Assembly: GCA_951406725.2 (NCBI GenBank)
Contig: OX597836.1
Location: forward strand, 46,128,001-46,192,000
Direction: 5' to 3'
Length of the DNA: 64,000 bases
Origin: Octopus vulgaris
Lineage: Eukaryota
Below the pieces are notes generated by a model. The model did no database searches. It had not been told where the DNA came from and saw only the letters and a list, made by a program, of their open reading frames with translations. Below, piece after piece: positions 13,549 to 28,091 of this stretch. A program made the position numbers and the translations under genes. The stretch's first letter is position 1. Every line of letters starts with the position of its first letter.

Positions 13549-13810
13549 TATAAGAAAGAAGAAAACAAAGGACCACTGATGCGGTCACAGGAGTGTGACA
13601 AAAGAACTCTGGCCGAAATAAGATTAAGATTAATGTAAAAAATAAATAACACTGAAGCAAAATAACACCAAATATATAGTGCGTGTGTTTTTATTGGCTA
13701 AACTGGCAAAATGACCATTCCGAAATATAACAATATCTGTTTCAACACACGACTTCACATAAAAAATCTTGCACAACAAATATATAAACGTATTATTATT
13801 ATTATTATTA

Positions 13811-13896
<86 letters not shown>

Positions 13897-14110
13897 GAGT
13901 GAGAGAGCAGTGCATGCCATCAAAGTGACACTGGAGTAAAATATACGAAGCCCAGTATAACCATCATGATTACCCGTTTGAGAAGGGTACACCAGGCACA
14001 TGCATCACAACCATATGTGCGCAGCATGGTGATCTCATATCAAGATAAACAACACATGACCTTGTAGGTGGGCCCAGTTAGAATTTTCTTTTGGTCGAGT
14101 AGCCCATCCT
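13897..14110 (-). mobile_element. Family D element, one end truncated, embedded in (ATT)n
   Basis: Same left end as the 28999 copy (gagtgagagagcag); (ATT)n on both sides. Confidence 0.8.
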
Positions 14111-14128
14111 ATATTATTATTATTATTA

Positions 14129-14199
<71 letters not shown>

Positions 14200-16278
14200 T
14201 ACTTTTGATTTGCATGTTTGTTACAGTCATTTGCTGAGATACACCCAGGATCCTGGGGTAAGTGAAAGATAAGGGATGTTACATTACGACTGGAAGCTTG
14301 GTGAGAAGTAGCAAAATATCTTTATATGGATAGGGTTTTTCTAAGGATGTGGGTAATACTTGTCAGTACAATCTTTTGGATTTCTCTGAGACATGGTTCT
14401 CCTGGGATATTATCTAGATGTTTCTGACATCCCTTTTTTTTTATCATACCTAGGGCATCTACAATAACAGAAGCAGTTCTTGCTTTAAGATGTCATATCT
14501 TTTGTATTTCAATTTCCAGGTTCTGATATTTACTCAGTTAGTCAAATTATATTACAGATATATTTTTTGTATCAGTGTGACGCTTACATCTATTAGTCTA
14601 CAAGTATTTTCTTCCCTGTCTTTAATAATTATGTCTGGTCATTAAGCTTGAATCGTTCTGTCAGTGTTGACTGGAAAATTCCAGAGGCTAGTGACATTTT
14701 TACCTTCAACGACTGGCTCAGGATGATATTTATACCAATAAGCAGGAGAGCTGATTTTGCAGTGTTTACGTATTTTCCAATGTAAACACCCTCCTGCCCT
14801 ATCGTGGCGATTTTTGGATTCGTTTGGAGTCAGCACAGGACATTCCGAGACGAGATGGTCTATTGTGTCGCAGAATCTGCATTTAGTGCCAGAACTATTT
14901 CGAAGAACGTCAGCCTGGTAGATTTTGGTAAGCAAGCTTTGATCTTGTGCTGCCGATATGAAAGCTTCAGTCTATGCTTTTAGTCCTGAGCTTCTTGACC
15001 ACTGATGGGTTGTTGCTTGGTCAACATCAGCATTTCGACTTCCAAGTATATACTGTCCACAAAGAGGCTTCTGGCTCCACTGCTCCTCAATTTGTTTCTG
15101 CCCTTTCATTTTTGCAGTCCGCTTGATCTGTTTTACTTGTTTTGTGGCAGTGGTTTGAAGTTCTTCATCTAATTCATGGTTAAAGTCAAGTTCCCTTGCG
15201 AATTTGCAAGCTTCCTTGACAATAGAATGCGATGTTTTGCTGCTTCTATGTTTGCACACAAGCCGCAGCATCCATCCCTCTGTACTAAAATAAGTACCTG
15301 TTCATTGCTATTCTGGAGGTCTTACAACACAGTTCTACCTGCTTCATTCCTCTTTTCCCATTACTTCTAGGTAGGTACAGACGATCAACATCTGCTTTTG
15401 GGTAGTGCAGGTTCTTGGATGTTAGCAGTTTTCTCGTCCAGGCGTTAGAGTTCTGTAAGATTCCAGTTAATGATGTTAAAGCTGTATTGGACTACTGGAA
15501 GTGCCAGGGTGTTAATGTTTTCGATGCGATTTTTAGAGTTGAGTTCAGGTTTTAGTATGACTCTTATTCTCTTGTAATACTCCTTTCTTAATTCTTCCTT
15601 CATAGTATCATGTTGTATACCATCGCCTTCGTTTATCCCAAGGTATTTATAACTTTCCTGTGGGTCAAGCTCCTTGATAGTAGTGTCGGTATCTAATTTA
15701 ATGGAAACTGTTTTCCTGAGCTTGCTTCTTACAAAACTTGCTTTAAGCGCACTTCTCAAGGCCCAAATCCATCCTGATGTTATTGCCGAACTCTTTAACA
15801 GTTGTTAGCAGTCCTACTAGCTCTTCGTCGTTTCTAGCAAACACCTTCAGATCGTCCATATAAAACCGAGGGTTTATTGTAGTATTATAAACTTTGAACT
15901 CATACCTGGTGTTATTCAGTTCGCTTGAGAGTGGGATCAGTGCGATGCAAAAGAGTAAAGGGCAGAGGGAGTCACCTTGAAAGATGCCTCGTTTGATGTT
16001 GATGTTGTTAGTTTGCCTCATCCCATTACTATGGTGAAGAAGGAGACATGTGTTCCACTTGGCCATGCTACCTTGTAAGAATACCTTGGAGACGACAGGA
16101 GAGCTCCTGTATATCTCAAGGGCCTTGAGTATCCAGTTATGTGCGACACTATCAAACGCTTCCCTGTAGTCTATCCATGCCATACTCAGATTGTTTTTGC
16201 TCCGGCAATTCTCTACGATCATTTTACTTATGAGTAATTGATCTTTGCATCCATAAGAATTCCTTTTATAATCTTTAC
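14200..16278 (-). mobile_element. 5'-truncated R4/Dong-clade LINE: reverse transcriptase, CCHC finger and restriction-like endonuclease, frameshifted
   Basis: GCKDQLLI..AWIDYREAFDSV, GIFQGDSLCPLLF, YMDDLK, YKYLGI, RLYLPRS, QDQSL, CRFC..HLVSECP..RHD and PDIII motifs across ORFs 15743-16357, 15445-15759, 14972-15271 and 14642-14935. Confidence 0.92.
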
Positions 16279-16316
16279 TATTGTTGTTGTTGTTGTTGTT
16301 GTTGTTGTTATTATTT

Positions 16317-16472
16317 TCGTTAGCACGCCGGGAAAAAAATGCATAGCGGCATTTCATCCGTCTTTACGTTTCGAGTTCAAATTCTGCCGAGGTCGATTTT
16401 GCCTTTCATCCGGGTCGATGTAATCAACTTACCCCCCTCCCGTACTTGCTGGCCTTGTGCCAGAATTTGAAA
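16317..16472 (+). mobile_element. SINE family B fragment
   Basis: cgttagcacgccggg...gagttcaaattctgccgaggtcgattttgcctttcatcc. Confidence 0.75.
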
Positions 16473-16507
16473 CCACCACCACCACCACCACCACCACCAC
16501 CACCACC

Positions 16508-16570
<63 letters not shown>

Positions 16571-16960
16571 GTTGTCCTTGTAGTTGTTGTTAGTGTTGTT
16601 GTTGTTGCTGCTGCTGCTATTTGGCGAAGACAGTCGTGTGTCTCACTGGGCTCCACTCTCAGGGTGATTTCTTTTTTCGAGGATAACTAGACGGGAAAAC
16701 CGCCTTTTTTTTTCCACAACAAAATACTTAGAAACATTTCAATGTCTCCCCCACCACACGCCGTTGCTTCTGAGTTAATCCCTCATTAAATATTTCACTC
16801 TGAATATTTAAGCAATTAGCCATTTTAATTTATTCGTTAGTGGTCCAATATATTTGTGTTGTAGCGGGAGGAGGTGCTTGACACAATGGGGTCAGCAGTG
16901 GATATATCTTGCTCAATTTTTGAAAACATGAAACCACAAAGATATAAGATACACAGAAAA

Positions 16961-17019
<59 letters not shown>

Positions 17020-17519
17020 ACAACTGATAATGGAACTAAGAGAGATAATTATAAACACAAAATAATTATAATTTGAGAAATACGACAGGAGGGAAAAAAA
17101 AGCGAAAACAAAATTTTTAAAATGACAATAACAAAAGCATCACCATCATCGTCATCACCACCACCACCACCACCACCACCACCACCACCACCACCACCAC
17201 CACCACCACCACCACCACTACCACCACACACCACCACCATTATCATCATTACCACCACCACCACCACCACCACCACCACCACCACCACCACCACCACCAC
17301 CACCACCACCACCACCACCACCACCACCACCACCACCACCATCATACAGAGGTAGGAGAACTGAATAAGCACCGGAGTGGTAAAGGACTGAACTCGGATT
17401 GAAGGCACGGAAAGTGTTGGGAGTCCCTCGCGAAAGGCAGCACAGCCTCAGGGGAACCTGAAATGTGTGGGTTGTCCAAAATAAAAGCCAGGACCTGAGA
17501 GATCTGCCGAGGAAGTTAA

Positions 17520-17693
17520 GAGATTAGGTAGGATATGGGTAGTTCCCATGGGCACTATCTTTTGAATTTTTGCCATTTTGGGATTTCCTGACATCTGAGC
17601 TAGGTAGGAATCAGTCCCTTTTGCTATCGTTCCTAGGGCAGCTATGACAACAGGTATTGTTTTAGTCTTGAGGTTCCACATTTTGCCAATTTC
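17520..17693 (-). pseudogene. R4/Dong-like LINE extreme C-terminal fragment
   Basis: MWNLKTKTIPVVIAALGTI...IQKIVPMGTTHIL, homologous to the C-terminus of the 14200 element. Confidence 0.75.
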
Positions 17694-18135
17694 TCATCAT
17701 CATTATCATCATCATCATCATTATCATCATCATCATCAAAAGAGTGTTACGGTTGATGAGAGGAGACAAGCACACACACCCCGGCCAAAAATAAAGAAGA
17801 AAAATGTTATATGTAAACGTAATTTTCATATATTTTGAATGTGTTTTAATTCGAAAAATAATTTACATAAGTGCTTAATAAACGAGGGGAAAATAATATA
17901 TTTACAAGCCTATGTAACCTAGTTATTCCGTGTCTGCATAAAATCTCATTACTTCTTAAATCAGCCAAACAGTAAAGAATATGCAAATCTATGATTCTTG
18001 TTTATGAAACGCGAAGACATTTTGAAATATTCGAAAATATTTACGTGAGCATATATGCGTACATACATACTTGCATACATACTTACCTACCTACCTACAT
18101 ACATACATACATACGTACGTACATATACATGCACA

Positions 18136-18222
<87 letters not shown>

Positions 18223-18223
18223 A

Positions 18224-18256
<33 letters not shown>

Positions 18257-18261
18257 GTCTA

Positions 18262-18313
<52 letters not shown>

Positions 18314-18519
18314 GCCTATATGCATAGCTATCGATACCCAAGTCATAATTAATGGTTCGGAGATATTTGAACTTATCTCTCATTATAATGAATGTTAATT
18401 AGTCATATATGAAAATAAGCAATTCATAATTTCAAATGAAAGTATATTTCATTAATAAGATTCTCTGATAATTATATTATTTTATTTATTCTCTGACAAA
18501 TCCTCAAAACTATTTTGCA

Positions 18520-18600
<81 letters not shown>

Positions 18601-18855
18601 TGTTTTTTCGTTTAAATATTTATTTGCTGCTTTTGTTGTTTTGTGTTGTTTTTCTTATTATTTCCTGTTTGATATCCTGAACGTTGTTATTAACCTGCAA
18701 TTATCGGGACTGATCAATAAGAAAGAAATAAAACAATCAAATATAAAACTAAAATATTCACGTGTGTTTTATTTGATCAGTGATTTAATGATCACTCTTC
18801 CATCTTTGAGATATTTCGATAGAAATGTTCGATTTGCAAGTAAAATGTTCTATAA

Positions 18856-18913
<58 letters not shown>

Positions 18914-19134
18914 TAAGTTTTTAGTTTATTTTCAGTTCTATTTTCGTGTGAAAAAATTAAGCTAAAATGTCTGAGATATTTCGGGATAAAATTCCATTGC
19001 GATTCCATCATTACATGAAACGAGTTCGTCTTTGAAATAATCAAAGACCGGAGAACAGAAGAACGTGTCTAAAAGACAAAAATAAAACTCTGTGGCACCG
19101 TCATCGATGGATCAAGTTTAGAGAGGATGTGGAA

Positions 19135-20152
19135 TTGGTTCTCAACTGGAGTCCTTATGACCCTTGAGGGTCCACATGAGAAATTTTGGGGGGGTCAAGG
19201 CAAGCAAAATAGTAAATTGGGAAACCATGGTAGTATTTTAAGGGTGCAGTTCATGAAAACATTTTGTTTTACACGTGTTTATTGCAAAAAAACCCCCCCA
19301 AAAACCCAGCTAGGTTTCGTTCACTAACGTTTTACATAGATCAACCTACACAAGTTAATGTGTGGAAAAGAAAATATTTTGAAAGAAATTCTTATAAACT
19401 TGTTTTTAAACGTAGATTGGTTTTGGGGGTCAACCAGAATAAAAAGAATAACATAGGCGCAGGAGTGGCTGTGTATAGGCGCAGGAATGGCTGTGTGGTA
19501 AGTAGCTTGCTAACCAACCACATGGTTCCGGGTTCAGTCCCACTGCGTGGCATCTTGGGCAAGTGTCTTCTGCTATAGCCCCGGGCCGACCAATGCCTTG
19601 TGAGTGGATTTGGTGGACGGAAACTGAAAGAAGCATGTCGTATATATATGTATATATATATGTGTGTGTGTGTGTTTGTGTGTCTGTGTTTGTCCCCCTA
19701 GCATTGCTTGACAACCGATGCTGGTGTGTTTACGTCCCCATCACTTAGCGGTTCGACAAAAGAGACCGATAGAATAAGTACTGGGCTTACAAAGAATAAG
19801 TCCCGGGTTCGATTTGCTCGACTAAAGGCGGTGCTCCAGCATGGCCGCAGTCAAATGACTGAAACAAGTAAAAGAGTAAAGAGTATAGTAATCAAAGGAG
19901 TCCATAGACAAGAAATAGTTGTGAACCCTTGCTGTAGATGTATGTATTGGTATGTATTACAAGAAATAGGTTTCTTTCTCAAGCATTTTATATAGTTCAA
20001 CCTACTCAAGTTAATGTAAGGATAACAAAATAAGAATTTTGAAAGGATTTCCTATAAAACTAGTTTTTAAACATGGTATGGCTATAGAGTGGTCTCCACC
20101 AGAATAAAATAGTAATTAAAGGGGCCCATGGGGAAAATGGTTGAGAACCACT
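19135..20152. mobile_element. hAT-like non-autonomous TIR element with a SINE inserted
   Basis: Ends tggttctcaac...gttgagaaccactg (CAGTGGTTCTCAAC-type TIR); internal duplicated segment ~19305-19445 vs ~19965-20110. Confidence 0.55.
19456..19885 (+). mobile_element. SINE family A, full length, with duplicated 22-nt head
   Basis: A-box tggctgtgtgg, B-box ggttcagtcc, (GAGTAAAA) tail. Confidence 0.9.
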
Positions 20153-20541
20153 GATTGGAACTAAAGACTAAATTGTCGAACTTCAGAATCCTCCTTAAGT
20201 GGTTTATGTCGAACAATCAAAATTTATCGAATCCAAGAATATTGCTCTTTGAAGCATGGTCAAAATGAAATCAAACAAATTTCGACAAAACTATTTCCTA
20301 CCATTAAAAGACCAACAAAAGACCTACATTTAATATGGATTCTATAAAATTGTGGAATTAACAAGAAATGGCAGCGTTGATTGGCATCATTGGTTTCAAT
20401 ATTTCAATACCATGAGTTACAGATCAATATGAATGTTCTGGGTCTCCGTCCTTGTCGACAATGATTATTCATAGGGGAAATTAACGCGTTGGGGGCTGAA
20501 TATTCTTCAAGCATGTTTTCCTTTATTATATCCCTTGTACC

Positions 20542-21117
20542 AGGCGGCGACCTGGCAGAATCGTAGATCAAATTCGAAGGCGGTGAGCTGGCAGAAACGT
20601 TAGCACGCCGGGCGAAATGCTTAGCGATATTTCATCTGCCGCTACGTTCTGAGTTCAAATTCTGCCGAGGTCGACTTTGCCTTTCATCCTTTCGGGGTCG
20701 ATAAATTAAGTATCAGTTACGCACTGGGGTCGATGTAATCGACTTAATCCGTTTGTCTGTCCTTGTTTGTCCCCTCTATGTTTAACCCCTTGTGGGTACT
20801 AAAGAAATAAGAATCGTAGATCAAATTCCGCCGAAGTCGACTTTGACTTTCGCCTGTCGATAAAATAAGTGCCACTTGAATACTGGGGTCGATGTAATAA
20901 GCTTACCTCTTCTTCCGAAATTGCTGTCCTTGTGTCAGGCAAAATATGTAGGGGTGTTTCGTCTGGTTTTACCATTCTGAGTTCAAATTCCATCGAGGTC
21001 CACTTTGCCTTTCATCTTTTCGGGACCGATAAAATAAGTACGAGATGAACGCTGGGATCGATCTAATCGACTTACCCACTCCATCAAAATTGCTACCTCG
21101 TGTTATAATTTGAAATC
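20542..21117 (+). mobile_element. Cluster of SINE family B copies; young copy 20578-20809 nested in an older one
   Basis: 19-bp TSD agaatcgtagatcaaattc at 20557-20575 and 20810-20828; a third diverged copy at ~20955-21117. Confidence 0.85.
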
Positions 21118-21467
21118 AATCAATATATCTCTCGGATTTAATCCGTGTGATACACTGAGGCAAAGTTACGGTAGAAGACCTCATCTCAAGATCGCCAGTA
21201 TGGAATCGCACACACGGTACAATAGGCGCGAAGATATGAACTACTACTAGTTTCTGGCTTTGGAGACATGGGTCTGCGCAGGTTTTTATAACACGCTTTG
21301 ATCCTCCAAGCAATCGTCAGAGCCCGAGGAATGCTTGGAGAATTTTAGTCCAGTGAATTATAGCCTGAGGCTATAGTAGAAGCCATTTGCCCAAGGTGTC
21401 AGGCAGTGGCACTGAACCTGGAGCCATGTGACTGAGAAGGAAACTTCTAACCACACTGCTACACCTG

Positions 21468-21568
<101 letters not shown>

Positions 21569-21712
21569 CCAAAGTGTACGTACGCAGCTAGCTGTCCGGA
21601 TGTTTTGCGTTATTGTCCCATTTTGTATATATATATATATATATGTTGATTCGCTAGCCTCTGCACGCATTTTTTTCTCTCCTTGTTTCTTTCTGTGTTT
21701 CTTTTCTGTGTT

Positions 21713-21750
21713 TCTTTCTGTTAAAGAGCGTAGGCTCGAAACGTAAAAGA
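21713..21750 (+). ncRNA. Degenerate minimal hammerhead in Penelope-like repeat (~21648-21848)
   Basis: tcttt-CTGTTAAA-GAGC/GCTC-GAA-ACGT-A-aaaga; two core mutations. Confidence 0.5.
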
Positions 21751-21846
21751 CTTGTTTTATTTATATTCCTGAGCGCCATACTAATACAATTGTTTGTTTG
21801 TATTCCACCTGCCTTCGTCTTTTGTTTATTTTCATAAAGCTTCCCG

Positions 21847-21942
<96 letters not shown>

Positions 21943-21944
<2 letters not shown>

Positions 21945-22087
21945 GGCTGTGTGGTAAGTAGCTTGCTAACAACCTCATGGTTCCGGGTTCATGTATATGC
22001 GTGGGTGGGCAAGTGTCTATACATATATACATACATATATATGCCTTGTGAGTGGATTTGGTAGACGGAAACTGAAAGAAGCCTGTC

Positions 22088-22167
<80 letters not shown>

Positions 22168-22377
22168 GTGTGTGTCTGTGTTTGTTCCCCTAGCATTGCT
22201 TGATAACCGATGCTTTACGTCCCCGTCACTTAGCGGTTCGGCAAAAAGAGACCGATAGAATAAGTACTGGGCTTACAAAGAATAGGTCCCGGGGTCGATT
22301 TGCTCGACTAAAGGCGGTGCTCCAGCATGGCCGCAGTCAAATGACTGAAACAAGTAAAAGAGTAAAAGAGTAAAAGA
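21943..22377 (+). mobile_element. SINE family A
   Basis: Matches the 62705 copy; (GAGTAAAA)n tail. Confidence 0.85.
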
Positions 22378-22463
22378 TATATATATATATATATATATAT
22401 ACTTATATACATACATGCATATATATATATGTATATGGGTGTATACATATATACATACATATA

Positions 22464-22500
<37 letters not shown>

Positions 22501-22693
22501 TACTTATTTCAGTCATTAAACTGCGGCCATGCTGGTGCCTTAAGATAATGTTTGTAGAATGTATCAATTCCAGCCCTTAAGTCTTTTAAGCCTGATACCT
22601 ATTCTATCGTTCTCTGATGCCGAACCATTAAGTTACGGGGACATAACACACCAGCATTAAACAGGACACACACACACACACACATACACATTT

Positions 22694-22786
<93 letters not shown>

Positions 22787-22944
22787 TTTATTTACTTTTC
22801 TGTTTGCAAACTTCAATGCTGACAAAACACTTTATTTATGGTCTGCTCACCAGACGAGCAAAAAAGTGAAATTGGTTGCTTTTACGGGGTAGGGAGAATT
22901 TGAACGGGTAAAGATTGTTTCTATAAATATGTTTATGAACTTAC

Positions 22945-22980
<36 letters not shown>

Positions 22981-23214
22981 TACACGCATGCGCATTCGAG
23001 CGCACATGCACACACGCACACATACACTCACGCACGCACCAACACACGCGCGCGCGCACACCATATTTCATTAGTGCCAAGCAAATTAACGAGATTAACA
23101 TGCTATAGGCACGGAAAGCATTTGTTTATAAATGGTTCGGGGCGCGTACTTATGCGTGCGTGTATATAGGTGCGTATGTGTGTGTGTGTGTGTATGTATC
23201 TATCTATCTATCGC

Positions 23215-23279
<65 letters not shown>

Positions 23280-23400
23280 TACACACATATATACATACAT
23301 ATATACACATATATGTATATATTTATATGTATTTATATATGTACGTACGTATGTGTATATACATATATATAAATATGCATATACATACATACATACATAC

Positions 23401-23449
<49 letters not shown>

Positions 23450-23454
23450 CAGTG

Positions 23455-23518
<64 letters not shown>

Positions 23519-23640
23519 TCTATCTTAGTTTATATACACTCTAAATAGAGCTATAAGTTACTAACGTCTGTAGACAGAACGTGTGTATTGCTTGTTTAAT
23601 GAGCTTCTACGAAAACCAGAAATCAGGCATATATATTATA

Positions 23641-23708
<68 letters not shown>

Positions 23709-23712
23709 TACA

Positions 23713-23802
<90 letters not shown>

Positions 23803-23909
23803 TGTATATGTATGCATGTATGAATATATATATATACGAGCATGGAGGCCTTATGTGCTAGCTGGCACAAAGAGGATAGATAAACAGACAGACAGACATA
23901 CCGACAGAG

Positions 23910-24088
<179 letters not shown>

Positions 24089-24669
24089 TACATACAGACA
24101 GATAGATAGATGGATAGATAGATAGATTGATTTAAGTAAGTGAACCAAAGAAAGCTGTATTCAACATATTTGGTAGGAATTATATTATTTAGTGACTGTT
24201 TGGCTCGGCTCCATATGACAAAGTTTCGTCAGGCCGTAGGACAAACTCAAGATACCCAGAAAAGATTATATATTACTGCATTTTGTGTTCATCATACTTT
24301 ATAAATATACATATATAGCACTGGGATTGATGTAATCGACTTAGGCGAACTTGCTGGCTTTGTGTCAAAATTTGAAGCCACATATGTACCTCCTACCAAA
24401 TGTATATATGTATATATATATAAATAAATATATATATATTATATTAAATTAGAGATAAAACCACTATTAGGCAAATCAAACAATGAAAAACTTAAGCCAA
24501 TACATAAAATTAATTAATTTATATTATTTTAAATATATAGCAAAAGTAATGTATATGTATATAGATGTATATGCATGTATGTATGTGTGTGCGAAAAACA
24601 ATAGACGAAGACAGATGTAGGAACAACAAGCAGGTGCATCAGTTTAACGCTCGGGAAAAATGGAAAAGT

Positions 24670-24705
24670 CTTTTACGTTTCGAGCCTACGCTCTCCGTCA
24701 GAAAG
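24670..24705 (-). ncRNA. Minimal hammerhead-like motif in Penelope-like repeat (~24590-24750)
   Basis: Minus strand reads cttt-CTGACGGA-GAGC/gtag/GCTC-GAA-ACGT-A-aaag. Confidence 0.6.
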
Positions 24706-24796
24706 GATTAAGAAGTGAAAATGGATCAGTATAGCCGTGAAAACAGCAGAAAGATTTGGTCTTTTACCCTTACATGACGGAGAAAGTTGTCAGCAG

Positions 24797-24868
<72 letters not shown>

Positions 24869-25339
24869 TACAGGCATTAACTTATTTCTTCACTTCAGTG
24901 GTCGCCATCTTTATATGTGTGCGTTTGTAAATGTGTGTAGATGTTTGTATATGTGTTTGAGAATATGTGAGAATATGTATGTTCATGTATAACGTAAATG
25001 AATGTATATGTGTGTGTATATGTGTGTATGTTTGTGTGTGTTTGTTTGTCTGTGTGTGGTTTAGCTTGTATTCAGGAGTGAAGGCAGTGTCTATAACGTG
25101 CCACTGGGCTTTCGATACAGTTATGAGGCAAGGAAGAAGTTATCCTCAAACCAGATACCTCACTTGAATGCTTGGCCTTTAAAGGTGCCGGGTGGTGGTG
25201 TTTGGCCCCGGGCTACAGATTAAGTCAACCACCCTATGTAGGCCATGGTGGGAATTTGAACTCATATCCCAAAGAGGCGGAACGAATTATGTGTGGTATC
25301 CATTCTGATGTTCTCACAGTTCCGCCAATCCACCCCACC

Positions 25340-25486
25340 CCCGGATCAGTACTCATTCTATCGATTCCCGAAAAGATGAAAGGCAAAGTTGAACTCGGCA
25401 GGATACGAACTCAGAATGTCAAGACTTACGATATGCCGCTGAACACATTGCTCGGCGCGCTAACGATTCTGCCAGCTCACCGCCTT
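25340..25486 (-). mobile_element. SINE family B, diverged
   Basis: aaagatgaaaggcaaagttgaactcggc...ctaacgattctgccagctcaccgcct. Confidence 0.7.
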
Positions 25487-25512
25487 AGAGAAATGAAAGA
25501 GTTGGAACAATA

Positions 25513-25920
25513 CGGGAACACTCTAACGACCTCTGCTAATCTGTCGTCCATGTGTGTGTGTGTGTATGTGTGCGCGTGCGCTTGTGTGTGTGTGTGTATA
25601 TGTATGCATCTGTGTATGTATGTAGGTGTGTGTCTATGTATATGTGCATATATGTGTGTGTGCCTTAGAGTATGTGTGTATGTGAGCATGTGTGTACATA
25701 AGTACTTAGGTACACACATGCTCACATACACATATATATGCACATATACATAGACACACACCTACATACATACACAGACGCATATATACATACACATACA
25801 CACACAAGCGCACACACACATACACACACAAGCGCACACACACATACACACACAAGCGCACACACACATACACACACACACATGGACGGTGGATTAGCAG
25901 AGGTCGTTAGAGTGTTCCTG
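25513..25920. mobile_element. MITE/fold-back element with ~38-bp TIRs around a TG-to-CA microsatellite interior
   Basis: ggaacactctaacgacctctgctaatctgtcgtccat vs atggacggtggattagcagaggtcgttagagtgttcc. Confidence 0.75.
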
Positions 25921-25937
25921 TGGTGGTGGTGGTAGTG

Positions 25938-25994
<57 letters not shown>

Positions 25995-26337
25995 TTATCC
26001 AGTCAACACTGCTTCTGTGTCCAAGGTCATACACTTCACGTAACCCTTTCCCACCAACTCAATGAACGCCCCTAACTGGTCGGAGATCATTGGCGGTGCT
26101 GATTATTCCCTGTAGGAAAGGTGTTTAAAACCCTGACTCATTCAAGAAGCTTAAGAACGTGACCATAATTTTCTTCCTAAGCATGTTGCTTCACATTCTA
26201 TTATCTTAAAGCCCACAAAGAATTGTTTACTTGGAGCTTGTTTGGGAAATTCAAATACTTGCAACAAAACGCATCCCCCACCGTCACACCTGAAAGACAT
26301 CAATTAAAAAATGTCAAAAATATCATCGTGTCTCTGA

Positions 26338-27290
26338 CAAATCACAGTTAATCCATCTGGTCCATCTGTCTCCAGTCCATCTGCCTCCCAAATCACAGTT
26401 GATCCATCTGGTCCATCTGCCTCCAGTCCATCTGCCTCCAGTCCATTTGCCCCCAGTCCATCTGCCTCCAGTCCATCTGCCTCTAGTCCATCTGCCTCTA
26501 GTCCATCTGCCTCCAGTCCATCTGCCTCCAGTCCATCTGCCTCCAGTCCATCTGCCTCCAGGCCATCTGCCTCTAGTCCATCTGCCTCTAGTCCATCTGC
26601 CTCTAGTCCATCTGCCTCCAGTCCATCTGCCTCCAGTCCATCTGCCTCCAGTCCATCTGCCTCCAGGCCATCTGCCTCTAGTCCATCTGCCTCCAGTCCA
26701 TCTGCCTCCCAAATCACAGTTGATCCATCTGGTCCATCTGCCTCCAGTCCATCTGCCTCTAGTCCATCTGCCTCTGGTCCATCTGCCTCCAGTCCATCTG
26801 CCTCCAGTCCATCTGCCTCCAGTCCATCTGCCTCCAGTCCATCTGCCTCTAGTCCATCTGCCTCTAGTCCATCTGCCTCCAGTCCATCTGCCTCCAGTCC
26901 ATCTGCCTCCAGTCCATCTGCCTCCAGTCCATCTGCCTCCAGTCCATCTGCCTCCAGGCCATCTGCCTCTAGTCCATCTGCCTCCCAAATCACAGTTGAT
27001 CCATCTGGTCCATCTGCCTCCCAAATCACAGTTGATCCATCTGGTCCATCTGCCTCCAGTCCATCTGCCTCCGATCCATCTGCCTCCAGTCATTCTGCCT
27101 CTAGTCCATCTGCCTCTAGTCCATCTGCCTCCAGTCCATCTGCCTCCCAAATCACAGTTGATCCATCTGGTCCATCTGCCTCTAGTCCATCTGCCTCCAG
27201 TCCATCTGCCTCCCAAATCACAGTTGATTCCTCTTGTCCACCTGCCTCCGGTCCATCTGCCGCCCACTTCACAGTTGATCCCTCTGGTCA
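26338..27290. repeat. 15-bp minisatellite (agtccatctgcctcc)n punctuated by caaatcacagttgatccatctgg units
   Basis: Direct reading; all units preserve the reading frame. Confidence 0.95.
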
Positions 27291-28091
27291 CTTACCAAAT
27301 GGTCTTCTGCTAATTTGTAGAATATTCCTATCTGGTTCTGTTAGTTGTGATCATGCTAATATTTTCTGCTTTCCTCACTTCCAGCTGCATTTAACACAAT
27401 TCCTCAGAAGCCCTCCTCTGAAACTCCCTGCTTAACTGGGAATAACAAAGTTGTAATTTCTTTATGTCGGAACAGTAAAATATGATGCAACGAACAAATA
27501 AAAAGAGAGAGAGAGAGAGAGAAGAGGAGAGAGATAAGAGGAAGGCAGGGAAAGATTAAATACTGAATCTGATATGTGTCATAATCTCATAAGTTCGAAC
27601 ATCATACGTGAAGCTGGTGCCAAACAAAACATATTACTGATGTTGCAATAACAGAATAAGACGCGCAAGTTAAACATATAAAGACAACAAAATGGCGGTT
27701 GTATTGTGAGAAACAAGCCCGGACTTATTTGTTACAGTTTGATGGTTGATTTGCACGATAGTTGATTTTAATGAAATAAAAGAGAGGAAAATGGGAGTCT
27801 GATATGTTGTAAAGATAATATTGGATTGGAGCAGCTCGGTTAGAGCCATTCCAATTATTGATAAACTTCACAGAAGATAGAAAGACATTATTTGTCACTT
27901 GAAAACAATATGGTTGTTCAACATGCCAGGATTTCAAATATTCAATAATTGGGCATCATAACAACAACAACAACAACAACAGCAACAACAATAATACAAT
28001 AACAAGAACAACAAAAATAAACAACAGTAATAATGATAAAAACATGCTACATCATCAATTGTCATTGATTTTTCTCCAGATATTTGCTCTA

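Noticed and set aside
26338-27290. CRISPR-like repeat/spacer appearance
   Set aside because: There are no unique spacers and no cas genes, and the context is eukaryotic; it is a minisatellite.
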